DNA from: Catajapyx aquilonaris
Lineage: Eukaryota
Direction of reading: 5' to 3'
Assembly: GCA_000934665.2 (NCBI GenBank)
Contig: JYFJ02001725.1
Coordinates: 1-64,000 of the forward strand
Length of the DNA: 64,000 bases
Position 1 is the first letter of the stretch; each line of letters begins with the position of its first letter. Shown here in pieces: positions 24,856-40,100 of this stretch. The position numbers and the translations under genes were made by a program. Under the pieces are notes generated by a model. It searched no databases. It was given only the letters and a program-made list of their open reading frames with translations, and was not told where the DNA came from.

Positions 24856-27800
24856 TTATAGAGATTTATTTATGTATTTATTTATTGTCTCCCCCTATTC
24901 AGCTATAACGATCCAGATCACTTCCATGCCACTGATCTCGTGCTGGAAAAAGCTCTTTCCCAACACAGGCTCCGTCCATTTGTGTCTCCATCAGCCATGA
25001 CCTTGTTTGATTCAGGTCCGAGATTCAATCGGTGTCCTTATCCGCCGGAAATTAAAAGCGACCGAGATCTAAATGGCAAGCCGTGGCGTGATAATAATGG
25101 TCGGAGGCAAAAGCATGTATTCCTGCTCCCGTTTTGCAAGCCGTCTCGCGTTATCTCCTTCTTTCTCGTATACGTAGTACGTAACCTACCCACATGGCAA
25201 TTCGAGGAGTTGGCGCGCTTCCTTGCAACTCCCATGCCTTAAAAATAACTTCACCTGGCTCCCAGTTGCTGGTAGAGGTGCATGTAAATTCCAACCCAGT
25301 GCACTTGTATCTGTTTTAAAAAAAGTGACGCCCCTCAGAAACACACCTTGACGCGTCATCCACACTGCGAATGTCAAGGTCGCCACATAGCCTTCATACT
25401 TTGCATCACGTTACAAAAACCTACACATTTTCTACCCTGCACCGTCCAGCGTTGCCAGTACCACAATATTCCCGGATACACACAATCGGCATCGTACACA
25501 ATGAAGCAGCCAGTGGTAATTCGCACACTGTTTTCAAGGTGAGTGGGAAATCATTCGCAGGGGTAGGTGGGTACGCCTCCAGGAACACCTCTTTTCTCCC
25601 CCCACCATCCACCCATCTCGTCCACCTCATCTCAACAACAACATTCCACATGCAACGTGGAAGTTTCACGATAGGTCACATGAAAGGAATCGTCGGGTTG
25701 GTTGGCTCGAAAGGAAAATTCCGCTGCTTAAATTCCACCATCGATCGCTCATACCTTTGCATGAATCAGGAATTGCAACTACATGAGGCCATTTTTCTGC
25801 ACCGTATCCGGCCAGTACAAAAGCGTCCCGAAATGGGTAAAAATCGCAGTTCCCTTTTCCTGTCTGGAGATGCTGCTGGGGCCTCAGCTGGCATATAATT
25901 CTGCGACACGCATCCTGTGCAGAAGTGGTGTGGAATAAAAAGGCGAATCCGGTAGGCGCGAGTCGGATCCTTGAACGATCTCAAGGTGGGTTTTAGGTTG
26001 AGCAGAGGGGGCGGCGGATGCTCCCCAGTGAAGATTTATCTCTCACCTGCGACCCACCAAGGCATGTCCGCCGCATGCCCTCATCTTCTCTGCTTCACCA
26101 CGCTCAGGTACGTATACGTACCCCCTACTAACAGCCGTACGGCTGTCCCATCGTATGGCGCAGGCCATTCCCCTACATCCACTGTCAAGTGCAAGTTTTC
26201 AGCTGTTGGCAAGGGCACGGGCTTACAACAGTACAGAGCATGCCCGATCGATATATCTCTCGACCGTGTATCGTGAGGCTGCATATATAGGTAAAGAAAT
26301 CGGCACACCGGCCCTGCCTGAAGGATCGAACAGGAGATCAAAATGTACCTTCGGCAACAATGGGGCAGCACAAGTGCTCGCAGCCGTCTGCAGGACCTAC
26401 TCATCGATAGCACACCACCAAGTCTGGTGACGTACGTCCTCGGGAGTATGCAAGTGTCAATTATCGCCTAATTGCGGCGGCGTCTCACTTGAAGCCTGGT
26501 ACAAGAATAAGATGAAACTCGATCCAAGGCCGATGCATTGTAATGGCCTCTCCCGCCCAGCAAATGCCCACATTGCAATTGCGAGCAACAACAGCTTTAC
26601 AATGGAAATGCAAGTCGGGATATCCTGCCCGTGGACAGTAAGCATAGAGTGAGGGGGGATTGTGGCTATTCAAACTGCAACCGAGGAAGTTCCAGCCTCT
26701 AATTTGGGCGCGGTTTTACTAGCGGTCATTCTGGTCACAATGGCTGCTCACTGACTCCGGTGGTTGAATCGTTATTAGGGCCGTGGGTCCTACAATCGGT
26801 TAGCTATTTTCATGTCCTCGGCCTTCTCTCAACTGATTCCAGCTGACCATCGCGACAACTGGGGCTCTTCAATTATTCAAGGCGCCTGAATTTATTGAAG
26901 TGCTCTACTAAAGCGTAGCCTGGCTCGTCTACACTATACACAACGTGTGGGCTCATGGAGTTTACAGTGTAAAAATACCGTATAAGTCACCTTTATAAGC
27001 TTTGAGTGGAATCATACGTACACCGTTGAAAATTCAATTAATTACGATTTTCCGAGGCTGTAACTCACTAAGATGAGGCAACAGGAACGAGCAAAAATTA
27101 ACGTCCGAGAAATTCTTACCGACAAGGATGTGAGCTAACTCATGAACAAATGCTGTATATCTAAACACGTCAGGGATGAGCCAAAGAAATAAGGAAGTTG
27201 GCAACTCACTTTAAGGCCATTTTTTGTACGATTCTAATTGGAAAACACGATTCATCAGATGCTGCATCCAATGGCAAAATAATATCTGCGTTTCATTGCA
27301 TTAAGCTACAACAACAGAATACTCGCAACATTTCAGAATCACCTTGTCTCTCTGGCCTACATAAACTTTGAACAAACAGACAAGTCGACATGTATTACTA
27401 GTTTAATAAATGATTGGTCTTTTTCGGGTACCCGTAATAAATGCATGATGTTCCCCTGACCAGCCCAAGAATGTCCACCTTGACGCAGGAAGGAAGTGGA
27501 AAAGGGAAGAGGCCACGTTGCAAAACCAACCAAGTCCATCCGCATAAAAGTAAGAGTTAGGCAAGAAGCGTGAATAAGTGCTGGCCCCCTCAGGGGTAGC
27601 CAACGGAACCAGAAAGGAGATGAGGAGGTCGGATAAGTGGAAACGAATCTAGCCTTTAGAAGGAGACTTGAGACTCCTATACCAACTCCTACGCACACAT
27701 ACACACACAAAAAAAGATATATCGCGGGCAAAAGAGGAACGCCCTCGTGGTCCCAGCCGTCAAGCACATAGGCTCTTTTTACCGTCTGATAACCCTCACC

Positions 27801-28922
27801 AAATCACGGGCATGTAACATCGTTGGTTCTGGTTCATAAGATGGTATTGATCGCATTGCAAGGTTGTTTTTTTGTTGTGTTTGAGGACATGTTGGAATTT
27901 GTAACTCAAGCGGAAATAGCACGACGAGAGGATCTGACCCAGGTATAGTGTACGTGCACTTGTACAGAGAGGGAGTCTACTTCCGAAATCAGGTGCTTTG
28001 ATTAAAATAATAAGAATTACATTTTTTTTTACATATGTATACATTTGAATCGGATATATTAGATTAAGTATTCCGTCTTCAATACCTCCTTATTAAATCA
28101 ATTCCTTATTCAATCCCAGGCTTGCATATCATTTTGTGCCTATTTTCTGTCTAGATAAGCATCTATTCCCTTCAACTCCATAGTGCCATCGCATTGGCAG
28201 AGAACTGTTTAAAAGCCACAGCTATATATACTGAGTGGCAGCATAGACCATCCTAGTCGAGCTCTCCGTAAGTTATCAAAAATCTTTGGTTAGATTTAAT
28301 AGAAAACTGGTACATACTGTCATGCGTAATTTAAGTGGTAAACCCAAGATTCGGATGACAAAAGTAAATTTCCCCAGTATTCAATATCTTGCATCAATGG
28401 CATAAGGGGAAGGTTAAAATTGCCTGCCGTTACATATATGGGCACCCATGATATCAACGACTATTGATAATAACCACGTGCCTCCATCCCCACTAGCATT
28501 TTTCTCTCAAAATGGCTACTAAAAACTCAAATTATATCGCTGCCCTTTATTCGAAATGAGCCCTTTTTAAAAATGATAGGCTAATCTCCGGCGAAGAAGC
28601 CTACAAAACGCCATTTATGAATTTATCTAGGCGTAAAATCGGAGGAAACATTCCGAGACTAAATAGTGTCGGCAAACGAAAGGACCGAGGAGGGGGATAA
28701 AGAGGATAGCTCCTGGGGAAGGGGTGGAAGGGGAGGCGGGGGTGTAGCAGGTGCACATGCCATATCACGATACACAAGTGCAGCACGCGTATGTTTCTTG
28801 ATGCTCTGCCACTTTCCAGGTACGCTTCAGTGGTTCTATTTCCGTCGTGCTTTCCGTATGCTACAAACCGTGATTGACCTTCTTGGTTGCAATATGGAGT
28901 TATTATTCCGATTATTTATTGC

Positions 28923-28957
<35 letters not shown>

Positions 28958-31900
28958 AATTGGACACCACAGCAATTCAATATCCATATAAATCACCATA
29001 TCAGTACATAAAATACAGGCTATCATTACGTCACAACCGACACACGGAATGTGTACTGCGCAAAAAGACACAAAATCGCCAAATTAATCTACCGGGCACC
29101 CACGGTATTCGACGATGAACACAAAGCCCCCAGACCTTTCATGCAAAACATCCTACATGCGGATCCATACCCCCTTCAATTACGTCCGATAAAAATCTCC
29201 CTCCATCTCCCTTCACCCTTTCCTTACATCGATCACTAAAAAGTGATCAATGGGGTTGTTGGCCTTATTGATTTGCCCATATAACTCTCGACATTCCTTA
29301 AGCTGGCAGTTACGTAACCCCGCAAAAAATGGCTCCTTAAATAGGCTTTCGTTTGGGCATATATTAAATGTCTATCAGCACCACTTAATTAGACAAACGA
29401 TCCGAAAACAGCCCACTTGCTCCACTGCGTCTGCGTGAAGTGTAAAGGTGCGCAGAGGCACGCTTTAATTGGAGAGGAATCTGCGCATCGGAGCGTCTGC
29501 CATTTACCTCCTTTTTTATTTTCTTAAAAAAAATCCTACCCCCTACAGATCCTTTACAGATAAGAAGTGGAGGGGGTTCTCCGGATTATTACGTCCTCTG
29601 AAAACTCTTCTGGGGTCCTTGACACCGCAGAGGTTGACCTTCATCCTTTTGCATCGTCAAGAAATCATTGCCAAGTGCCACTGGCCCAAAGGGAAACATG
29701 TTGACCCCTTCTCCAAAAATGCGGATGGGGTCAACGGGTCATACACCTGACTTGCTGCCGGGGCCGCCGGGGTAATTTTTGAGGCCGCTTAAGAGGCATT
29801 CTGATCGAGGATGCCACCGGTGGTTCTCAGGCTGATCAGGTGAATAACGTGACTATACACTGCCGGCTAATTTGTCCATTATAAACATTGCGCGTCTCGA
29901 GGGTGCAATATGAGATGAAAATGTACAGGTGTAAAATGCATCGTTAGCGATGGTTATAGATGTGCACACCAAAGTCGGTTGCGACATTGCAATGATTCGC
30001 AATTGACATTCGTGACCGTCTAAGTCGTTCGGACACAATTTTGTGCCTCTACATGTTCGTCTTGTTTTGTGCCCCTGCACCTTTTTGAGTTGATTCCATA
30101 CTTGACAGTGGCCTGCATTGACATTTCAATTCGACGACCTCGCTGTCAATGACGATGGATCAAATTAGAACATGGATCTCACGATTTGCTTAACGAATCG
30201 CGCTATAAGAATCGATTATCCGCCCCGACTTTCTCCAATAACCGTGATTACTTTTTAAAGGGAAATGTGTCTGCCTTCATGTGACTGACAGATCACAAAA
30301 GGAGGCACTCTTTCGCTAAGGTATACAGCAAGATATTCCATCGCAACAAAAGAGGATATACCCATGACGTCCTTGTCTATAGATATTACGACACCGGAAG
30401 CAGTTAGCAAATGGCAAATCTGAAAACTGTGTTTCCCACTTCACCTTTCATCTTTATCTTTCTCTCCAGGCATATCAACTGGCAGGAATGTAGTGATGCA
30501 GTACGGTTTTCATGTCAATTTTATCATTTGCCCGATTACATGTAGTGTCGACAAATATCTGACATCCGCCCTAGTCATTCTGAAAATAACGCGAATACAC
30601 TGTATTAAAACGATGATTAAGGGACCTCTGCATTGGTTTAGGTGCTGAAGCAGAACAGTTTCACACAAGTGATAAAATAATAGACCTATATTTACAGCAT
30701 TTTAAATATCTGCCTGGTTAATCCACGAATTTTCGACTACTAGTGCCTTCCAATAATTACACATATTTTCCTTTCAATTGCTAACAAAAAAATCACGTAG
30801 CCTACAGTTAAACGCGACCTTACCATAATCACGCAGTGAGATAACATTCAGCCCCCCCCNCCCCCCCCCCCACTCCGGGTATCGCAGGAGTAACAAATTG
30901 AAATCGCATCTTTCAGACGTCTATGGCAGGAATGTCTGCTAGCGCAACATGTCATGCCAACCATCAGACGGGTGACGGCCATTTTTAAACCGAGATATCT
31001 CCTACTTCAGCTTAGTAATAGTTAACATCATTCGCACTCATCAGAAGCCTGCATATTCTCAAGGCAACATTATTTTAATTCCATGTGCATTATGGCTAAC
31101 TGACTGCACACCTTGCAAATTAATCACTGTTAAATAACGTGCATGGCGTAACTTACATGTCACTTGATCACGTAATTATAATAGTCAGCATAATATACAA
31201 TAGTTATGCCCACGTTCAGTTATGCAAATGTCAAAACCAAGACGTGGCAACTCCTATCAATTCAAATTGGAAATGACAATGTGTCATTTCATGTAAGTTA
31301 CAAAAATATGATAGCCAAAACTTACGTCATTTTCAGACTATGCACAAGTGTGCATATTCATGAGATATTATGGCCAGCACATTTACATTTAACAAGTGAC
31401 TTCAGCTGACTTTCCAGTCTCGTGAGATAACACATCGACTTACACTGCACGTTTGTACGATAACTGCTAATCATCCAGTTCCCAAGTGCTGGCAACCATG
31501 TATGCCAACATGTGGCCAACCACATTTTCCTCTGCAATGCAAAGTGCCTGGCCCCGCAGGACATGAACCCACACAAGCACACACTGCAAAAATCGCTCTC
31601 TCAATGACATCCTACCGCACTAAAAACGTGGCTCCAACGGCGCCCATAAACACACCCAACAGGTGTTCAATACCGTTTCTCTCACGGGCCAAGATCCAAA
31701 TTCCACGGTGATAATGTCTGAGTTCAAGGTTCCAAGAATTCATTCGTTCTTTTTTTTCTCTCTCTCTCTCTTCCCCCCCCCCCNCCCTCCCCAAATCTCA
31801 TCCCGCCCCTCCTAAACGTCATCATCTCCCCAAAGTCAACCTCATCCCCAAGGTTGTAGGCAGGTTTTCATCCCACCCTGGCAAAGGAGGATACAAAACA

Positions 31901-34096
31901 CTAAAGGCAGCCGGTCCGTTGGGTTCCCCAACCACTCCTCATCAATGTCCATGGACCCCTAGGTGCCTCAAAAACCACACTTGGAAATAATAAAAAAATA
32001 CACATTTCCTCCCCAAATTCTTGTGACAAAAATGGCCATTCATTGCAATATGGCGCCACATACGCTACAATACCGTTCAAGGTCCTCCGGGCTGCCAGTT
32101 TATTATTAGTGTGGTCGTGTTAATGCTTTTGATAATATTGCCAAGATTGTGTGCTTCTGTCGGGCAACAACCACATCGATATAATAAAAAAAAACAATAA
32201 TTACAATGCGCATACCCTGTCATGTGCATCATTATCCGCGCGTCTGTAGCCTACAGGCCTGAACATTTTTCACGCTGGAAAGAGTTCAAAATAAATTATG
32301 TTGACCTGTAATTGGCAAATAAAAATTTTACGCTCCTATTACGCTACAAAACTGAAGGTCTAGTAGCAGTTCGTGACGCTCTTCTTGCTATGAATTGTAC
32401 TTTATAAAAAGAATAGGTCTATCCAGAAATAGCCACTTCGAACATGTGTTAATTCACTCTTCAGCTGACTCCAAAAAAAGTCTTGCCTTGAAAACCGTTA
32501 CAAATTCCACGTACTTTCACTTCGACCCTTTTTTTCGGGTAGTTGGGGGATGTCGTACTAACATTTCTGGGTTTCAAGAACCTGAGACGCTTGAATCGTC
32601 CACCCCCCCCCCCCCCCCCCNNNNNNNNNCCCCCAAATTCTCAGCACTAGCAACCTTGCCCTTCACCTCAGAGCACGCCTACCACTTGACCTCACTTACG
32701 ATAAATCTCCATTTAAAATTACAAATAAATTGGGGCTCACCCCTTGGGGGTTGGAAAAAAAAAGCATCCCACACGCACTGCAAAACTACCTATCAAAAGA
32801 TCCGGTCCGGTGCAAAAATCTCGTGACAAATAGCCGGGTCATAAAGTGGTTAATGCCCCCCCACCCCTTCCTCCTCCTCTTTGCACACACCCTATTGTTA
32901 TTGTGAAAAGGCCCAAGGTCAGCGGCCAGTTTCGATTAACTCCATATTTCCAAGCTTCGTCGAGGGGGAAAAAAATCTACCCGAACCACAAGGTCCTCTG
33001 ATCAGAATCCAAAGAAGGGTAAGTCTGCGCTTCAGGTAGCACAAAAAAATCCAGGTAAGAAAAAGAAAAGAAAAAAAAAACCCGAAAAGAAGCAACAGGT
33101 TTCAGAGGAAAAATTCCGCCTGCTGCGAAGCCTCAGATTACGTTTCCACTAAAAATTAAAATGCCACGCAACTTAACGCAAGTTCCAACAACAATCCCAC
33201 AGGAAACTCGCCATTTACTCGCAACCCGCTGTACCAATACCCCAAATTGACGCTGTGGGAAAAAAGAACTTTTCTGCCACAATACTACGGGAGGTGCTGA
33301 AAAAAAAAAAAAGTTTATAACTCGGCTTTCTCCGCATTGTTGCACCCTGCCAATCTTACACAACATTTGCTGTTTCCAACGGGACAGATTCTGGCTCCAC
33401 ATATGCAAAATCAATTGGTGGGGGGGGGNGGGTTAATGCGACATGTCAGCTGGTGACAGGTGCGAGTCAACATTCAATCCACGTGCTGGACAGGTAGCGA
33501 CAAAAAATATATTAACCAACTGTTTGTCCTTATACAAACGCTGAATCATAGTCCATTAGTAGCAAAGTTATGAGTAAATTCCAAGGCCATACCTGCACGC
33601 ACTGGGTACCGGTAAACCCTTCATTCTTATTTTTTTTGTTCATTAACCCATGCTTGCGATAATGCTTATCTTCGGATGGATAGCTATGCCAATATGAACT
33701 GCTGTAGTGGTGACTATTTTCGGTGCAGGAGAATTTGGCGAATTCCACATACGGTAACAGTGGGTTGAGCCTGGGAATCCGTTGGAATACCGGAGTCGAA
33801 TACAAAAATTGTCGCATAACTGATCCCAAGTCACAGTGTGTCAATAGCGGATTGTGCGGGAAACAGTTAAAATCGTTAGGCTACGCACTCGAGATATCTC
33901 ATTCATATCAGCATATTCAGGTATCTATATACTCTCAAGTATCAATGTGCCGAGTATATTGACCTCACCGTCAGGTTATCCGCATTTTAGAAGTGCGCCT
34001 GCATGATGTTTACAGGCCTTCCTACTGTACTAATATTTTTACTGCGGAGCCTACAATATATCATATTCTATGATAACACAAGTGTATTATTAGGGC

Positions 34097-34116
34097 TATT
34101 ATTATTATTGTTATTA

Positions 34117-34156
<40 letters not shown>
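34097..34156. repeat. (ATT)n microsatellite
   Basis: Visible directly. Confidence 0.95.
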
Positions 34157-37100
34157 TGTTATTTTGGTGGTAGCTCTTGCCACATACAAATTAATACTGA
34201 AATCGGCAACTGGTTCGAAGCAATTCGACAACGTAGAATAAGTAATATATTTCGGTATCCTGCTATAAATTTTTCCTGATATTTACAACTTGCGCAACAA
34301 GCATTTCTGCTGAAACAGGAAATAGTTTCAAAAGTCTCGCACGCGACGTTTGCATAATATGCACATTTTGCAATTTGTTAGCGTAACAACGACACGTAAG
34401 TAATTCAGGACCATTGTTTTTTATTTTAGCTTTCTACAGTTTACATTGCTGTATACAATAGACACGTACTTCACGCTTAACTAATCTATGCGACTAATTA
34501 CACTGATATTCAGTGTGTTCCTATAGTATATTGATGCGCCGCACATCGCAAAAGGTTAGCGTACATTCTGCCAGAAATGTTCACTAATTCATTACGTGGA
34601 TTAATTTCATAAGTGGAGCTACAGCAAAGAACGTGAAGGGTGCACTTCATATAAACACCCCCTAATGATCAACGCGAATACAATGCCTCGCGAATGCCAA
34701 ATATGCCCCTTGAATACCTGCATGGTATTTAATCAGTGTGGCAAAGCATCTCTTCGGCTAAAGTCATGTGAATGTGTTACACAGCATCGCCACGTAACCC
34801 TCTCTAGTTTGTCAAGCGTCCAAAACACGCGGTGTCCGGAAATGCGTCTCCTTCACACTCCTTTTTCGCCCTTTGAGTGTGTCGGAGTCAAAAACCTTTT
34901 CGCCGGTCTATCTTACCCCTCCCCCACTGTAAAAAACTACAGGAAAAAAAAACCCCCGATGAAGGAATATGAATCTAAATGAGGATGCTGCTTCTGGATT
35001 GTTTTTTTCCAGGCAAAGTAGAGCGAGGGGGGTTCAGTAGAATGGATTATGGAACGATGTGGGGGTGTAGGCTAGGGGGGGTTGGAATCGAGGGGGGGGG
35101 GGGNGGGGGGAGTGGATGGCGGGGGTGTTTCAGACATGACACAAAGCCCGGAAGCTGGCAAGTGGAGCGAGGAAAAGGACGGAAAACGATGCTGGCCTCA
35201 AATGTCAACACCCATCTGGACCAAGCACATCGCAAAAGATATTTTTCAAGTCATGCAGATTTGTGAATCTGAAATTTTCCGCCATGTTGCGCGTAGAAAT
35301 AGTCACCTCGGGTTTTATTATTTTTATTATTTTTACCAGGAATTTAGTAATGATATGCAACTGAGGGCGAAACTACTTAGAAGTAAACGGGGGTTAAGTG
35401 CCATGGACGCACCTAGTCCATGCAGAACCTGCTCAGTGCCAATTAAATGCAATAACCATGCATGTGTGGAACTGTAATTGGTGTCAATTTAGTCCAAACG
35501 GCTGCAAATGAAGATATAAAAAAATGTGCTAGCAGCGGACGTTTCGGTCACGCATAACCAAATATCTCGTCGTTTACCGTGTGTATCAAAAACGTCCCCC
35601 TAATTCAATGCTCCACCCTGCACCCAATTAATGTTAATAAAAACGAGCCAACGATTTACCAAAAAAAAAAAGAGAGAGAGAGAAGCAGCACCAACAAAAG
35701 GGGGTGTGCAGCAATGTCCTGACTGTTAATCCCCGGATGATGGAGGCAACAATTGTGGTCCTGCACAATCTCCTATTTTCCTCGCCTTGAGAGGCGTTGC
35801 CCGGTCGTAAAGCCAATTATTATTATCCTGCGGCTTGCTCGATGCAACCAGGACTTGACCATTTGCAGGGCTGTCCCAACAGAATTGTCTCTCATTACGG
35901 AAGAGGTGATTTTGTCCAGTGCCTTCTAAAACCCACTGGATGAGGGGAGGGAGCCGAAGGGGAGATGAAGGGGCGGGGGGAAGTGAATTCCACAATTCCT
36001 GCTCGTCATCTTTTTTGCTCACCTGTCCTGTTGTTGTTGTTGTTACGCGTTCTTTCACCTGACGCGGTGTCCATTTCATTTTCTCCTCGTGAAGCGGCCA
36101 CACCAACGCAACGGTACAGCTTATACAGGGAGGTTCTGGCTATGCGTTACAAAATATGGCGCCAGAAAACGAAGTGCCAAAAATCGCCTGCTATTCGTAA
36201 TGTTCACTCCAATGTAAATGCATGGTGTCCTTTATTAACTAAACAAATATTACGAAACCTTCGCTAGTGCAACCGTAACAGAAACGCAACACCTTGCAGC
36301 TCTATTTGCGTCCACGGGTACAAACACCACGTACGATAACATCGTTCCGCGCTATTTACTGCTCAGTAAGGATGTTGACCTTATGAGTCTTTGCACTGTC
36401 CATTTCCGCCGAGCTGCGTCTTGATTCCGAATTTCTCGAATACCTGCCAGCCAGTGTCAGCGTGTATTACTCAACCATGCTGGCGCACAGGGTGTCACTT
36501 CATAACATATTCCGGTGTTGAACCCTCAGGCATGCCAACGCATCGTGATGGAAAACGCTGACCACGACCACGCCAGGCCGGTTGCACACTAAGAAACCCA
36601 GGGGGGAGGGGACACGTGATACGGGTATACACAAAAGTCCTTTGCATTTCAACGCGGAAGTGTCGTCAAAAAAAGTGGGAGGACCTTAACACACAGACAA
36701 AAAAAAAATCAAACCGGTAACGCTATGTACACCCCCCCCCCCCACTTACCCAACACACCTGAGAATGTTACGCGTAGACTGATGGACAGCTGAAATACCT
36801 GTCTCCCCCGCCCCCTCCGCAGACCATGTAGTGTGAATATTCAGTAAGGCAAAGGAGTCGAGGAGTCCAAAATACACGTACAGTCGTCCTAAAAATACAT
36901 TCGCACACACGCCATGTGTTCGTCTCTAATTCGAGCGTCCAATTTCCTAGACATATTTCAGGTCCTTTGAGAGCCATTTCCAGTCATCCAGATATAACGT
37001 TAAAAATGCCATTCAAGAAGAGCAAAACGCCTTGAGACGATTCCTATACGTGAATGCGAATCACATTCCATAATACCTGCGACCCATCTTCTATTATTTT

Positions 37101-40100
37101 ATGAACAAAACAGCTCGTGCATCAGACGATAAGGTCATCGTGGCAACGTATACAAAGTAGATGGGAACAGGATGAATGGTGTCTGTTGGAAGCTGAGTCA
37201 AATGGCAACACAAGTTATCCAGGTAAAAGGTGTACAGGGTACTCATAAGCTTAAGGGCTTCAGGTGCCTAATGACCAGTCACCAAAATAATTGTCATTAG
37301 CTTACAATCGAGAAGAGCAAGTCTTCGGCCTGGAACTCGAAATGAAACTGGGTGTAGGAAAAGGGAGGTCAATAAATCAGCGGCACCCAGTCCGGAAAAT
37401 TATTGAGAGGGGCGCGTCAGGAATTTTCAAAAAGAGCGAATGCCGAGCGGCATAATGAGATATCAGCCGCCGATATCACAAGTGCGTGCGTGTTTTTTTC
37501 CCTATGGCTGGGGACACTTCTTTTTGGCGCCTGTCGACTCGTGCTGGTTGAGAAACCCGTTATCAGAGCCAGGGGTCGTGTTACTTCACCCGACACTGTT
37601 TCCATTCAGAGGTGTATTTGAGGATACGTCTCAGGAAATGGACACAGGCCTTCGAAACGATAGACCTAATCTCGGAATTGCGTGGTGAAACGGACACGAA
37701 ATATTCTCGCCACAATAAAGTGTATTCGTCCGATGCAAAATTCAAGGCAGAGTGATGTCACTGCATTATTATTCGGATACTTGTCGGAAAACATATTGCA
37801 GAAGCTGTCCAAGTCACTAATTCTACCTATAACATTTAATAAAGCAATATATTGCGTAATTTTATATTTCCTGGAAATATCGACCGTACAAAAAGCCAAT
37901 ATTATCTCAAAAAGTGGCAGCAATCACGTGATGTTACGAAAGCATTCAGAATATTTCTCATCGGATCACCCTGCATAACAGTCCTGTTAACCTTCGCTAG
38001 CTCCCAAGTATTACGAGCTTATTAGATACGTAGAGTAGGTTATGGCTCATCACTGAGGTCACTTCAGCGATTCTAAGCTCACGTCATATCCTAACAGTTC
38101 CCTGGGCTACGGAAAAATGCTCATAAGCCGCACTTTGTTGCCATTCACATAGCTATTCGCAATTCTTTACTTCCTACCTGTTGTTGTTTCAATCACAACA
38201 CCGGAAACGTCCGACAAACGCCGGGCTGAAGGTGGAAAAAAATAGAAAAGAAACTGTGCAGCTAATGCCTGAAACGTGACTAACCCTGAAGCCAGGGAAT
38301 GTCCTAAAACAGTCCGACTGAATTCCCACGTCTCACACAGGTGTTGCAAACTCTCCGCCGAAAAAAAAAAAAAAACAAGGGGAAAAAAGTCTTCCCATCG
38401 TCCAAGGCCGTCCAAGCCTATTGGAACCATCACTCAAAACGTTTCTGTGGACGTGCTGTGGCATTGACTTATACAGTTATGCACACAGGGTTGGAGTAAG
38501 AAAACCTCGGGGGACCTCTAAACTGTTGATACTGAGTTAGCGGGATTAGACCAGGGCAAATAAGACGTTGGGCTTTGGATTTACAGTGTTTGCTCGATTT
38601 GAATTCATTGGCATGACAAAGGACGGATTTGTCGCTTTCATGCGGGTATGTGATCAGACATTTTTTAAAGAGACTCTGAATGAACGTAAGTTATATCGTA
38701 TACGTGAACACTGACATTTATCAGGGCCATTTTATTTTAGATGCCTGACTGGATCTTAATACCGCGCAAGCATGGCATGCCATGTTGCCATAGCGTTTTA
38801 ATTGGATTTTGATCAGATTATAGATCTAACGTCCACGTAGCAGTCGTAGCCAATTCATTTTGACTGATGGACGGCACCCTCTACAAAAAAAACTAGTATA
38901 CCGACACTTCAACAGTGTTCGATATAACTGCCGAGGCCTGCATCTCCTGCTCCATGATAAACTCGCCAAGTCGATATGATTCAGAAATTACTTGGCATCT
39001 AGTCTTGAGCGTATAATTCTGCTTGGGGCATCAACTTAATCATTAATAATGGTTTCGTAACACTACGTAAGAAGTCAGATCGAAATTTGCAATCCGTAAA
39101 CTTCTCAGGCATTCTGCCCCTGAAAGCCAGCCCTTTTTTCTGAAATCTTCCAGGTTACTGATAGAATTCCTGACTTTTCCCGACTGGCTTGAATTCCCTT
39201 ATTTGCCGGTTACGTGGGCACCCTGCTATTGTGTCTTGATTTGAAATGCTAATCTGAATGCCAACCCGACCTGTAAGCACTTTAATATCAAAAGATAGTG
39301 CGTAAAGTTTACCCCCCTGCACGAATATACATTACAACCAGATTTGGTATTATCAATTAACTATTGATTTAGGAAAACGGTTAAAGGTCACCATCCTATG
39401 ACGATGACCCAGTGGCTCTGATAATTCAATACGCCTGACACTCAACGCCTCACTCACTATCAAAGCTCGTTATCATAAATACTACACGCTATCGATAGCC
39501 CCTGCCGCCTGGTGCCCTATATAGTTCATTGCACATTTTAGAGTAAAACCGCACGTGGTCGGGTTTACCCAGACGTCGTCTATTTCCGGCCCCGGGCTTC
39601 GATCAAACAGCTCACCACCTCCTTCCGGCCACAGAAAGTGGGACACTTGCGTCGTTTTTGAGTCAGGAAATTCCAGACTGGTTGTCCCGTTGGACACACA
39701 TATCCACCCGACAACAATCCTAGGAATGTGCCATCGTTCGGGCTGCGTATATCAGGCCCATGCATAGGTAAAATACGGAAAAAGGAGGCTCCAAAGAGTC
39801 CAGTTCAACGCACCTGTAATACTTGTAATGTATACAGTATGTAGGGTCCGGTTTATCGCCCATACCGTTGCCCATATTACCTCCCCCTAGCCTTCCCATG
39901 GTGCATTCAGAAAAAGAAGTGCCCCGTTTCATTAATGGAGCATCACAGGGATTCGGATCAGTGCACAGGGTCCCACCATTACTTTTGGAGTGTGGGTGAT
40001 GTAATGCGGAGGAGGATGCCCAACGAAAGGTTGTCAACAGCGTGCCTAAAATCGCGCGATTGAAAGTGATGTTCCTGTGTAACCAGGATGGAAGGTTTCT

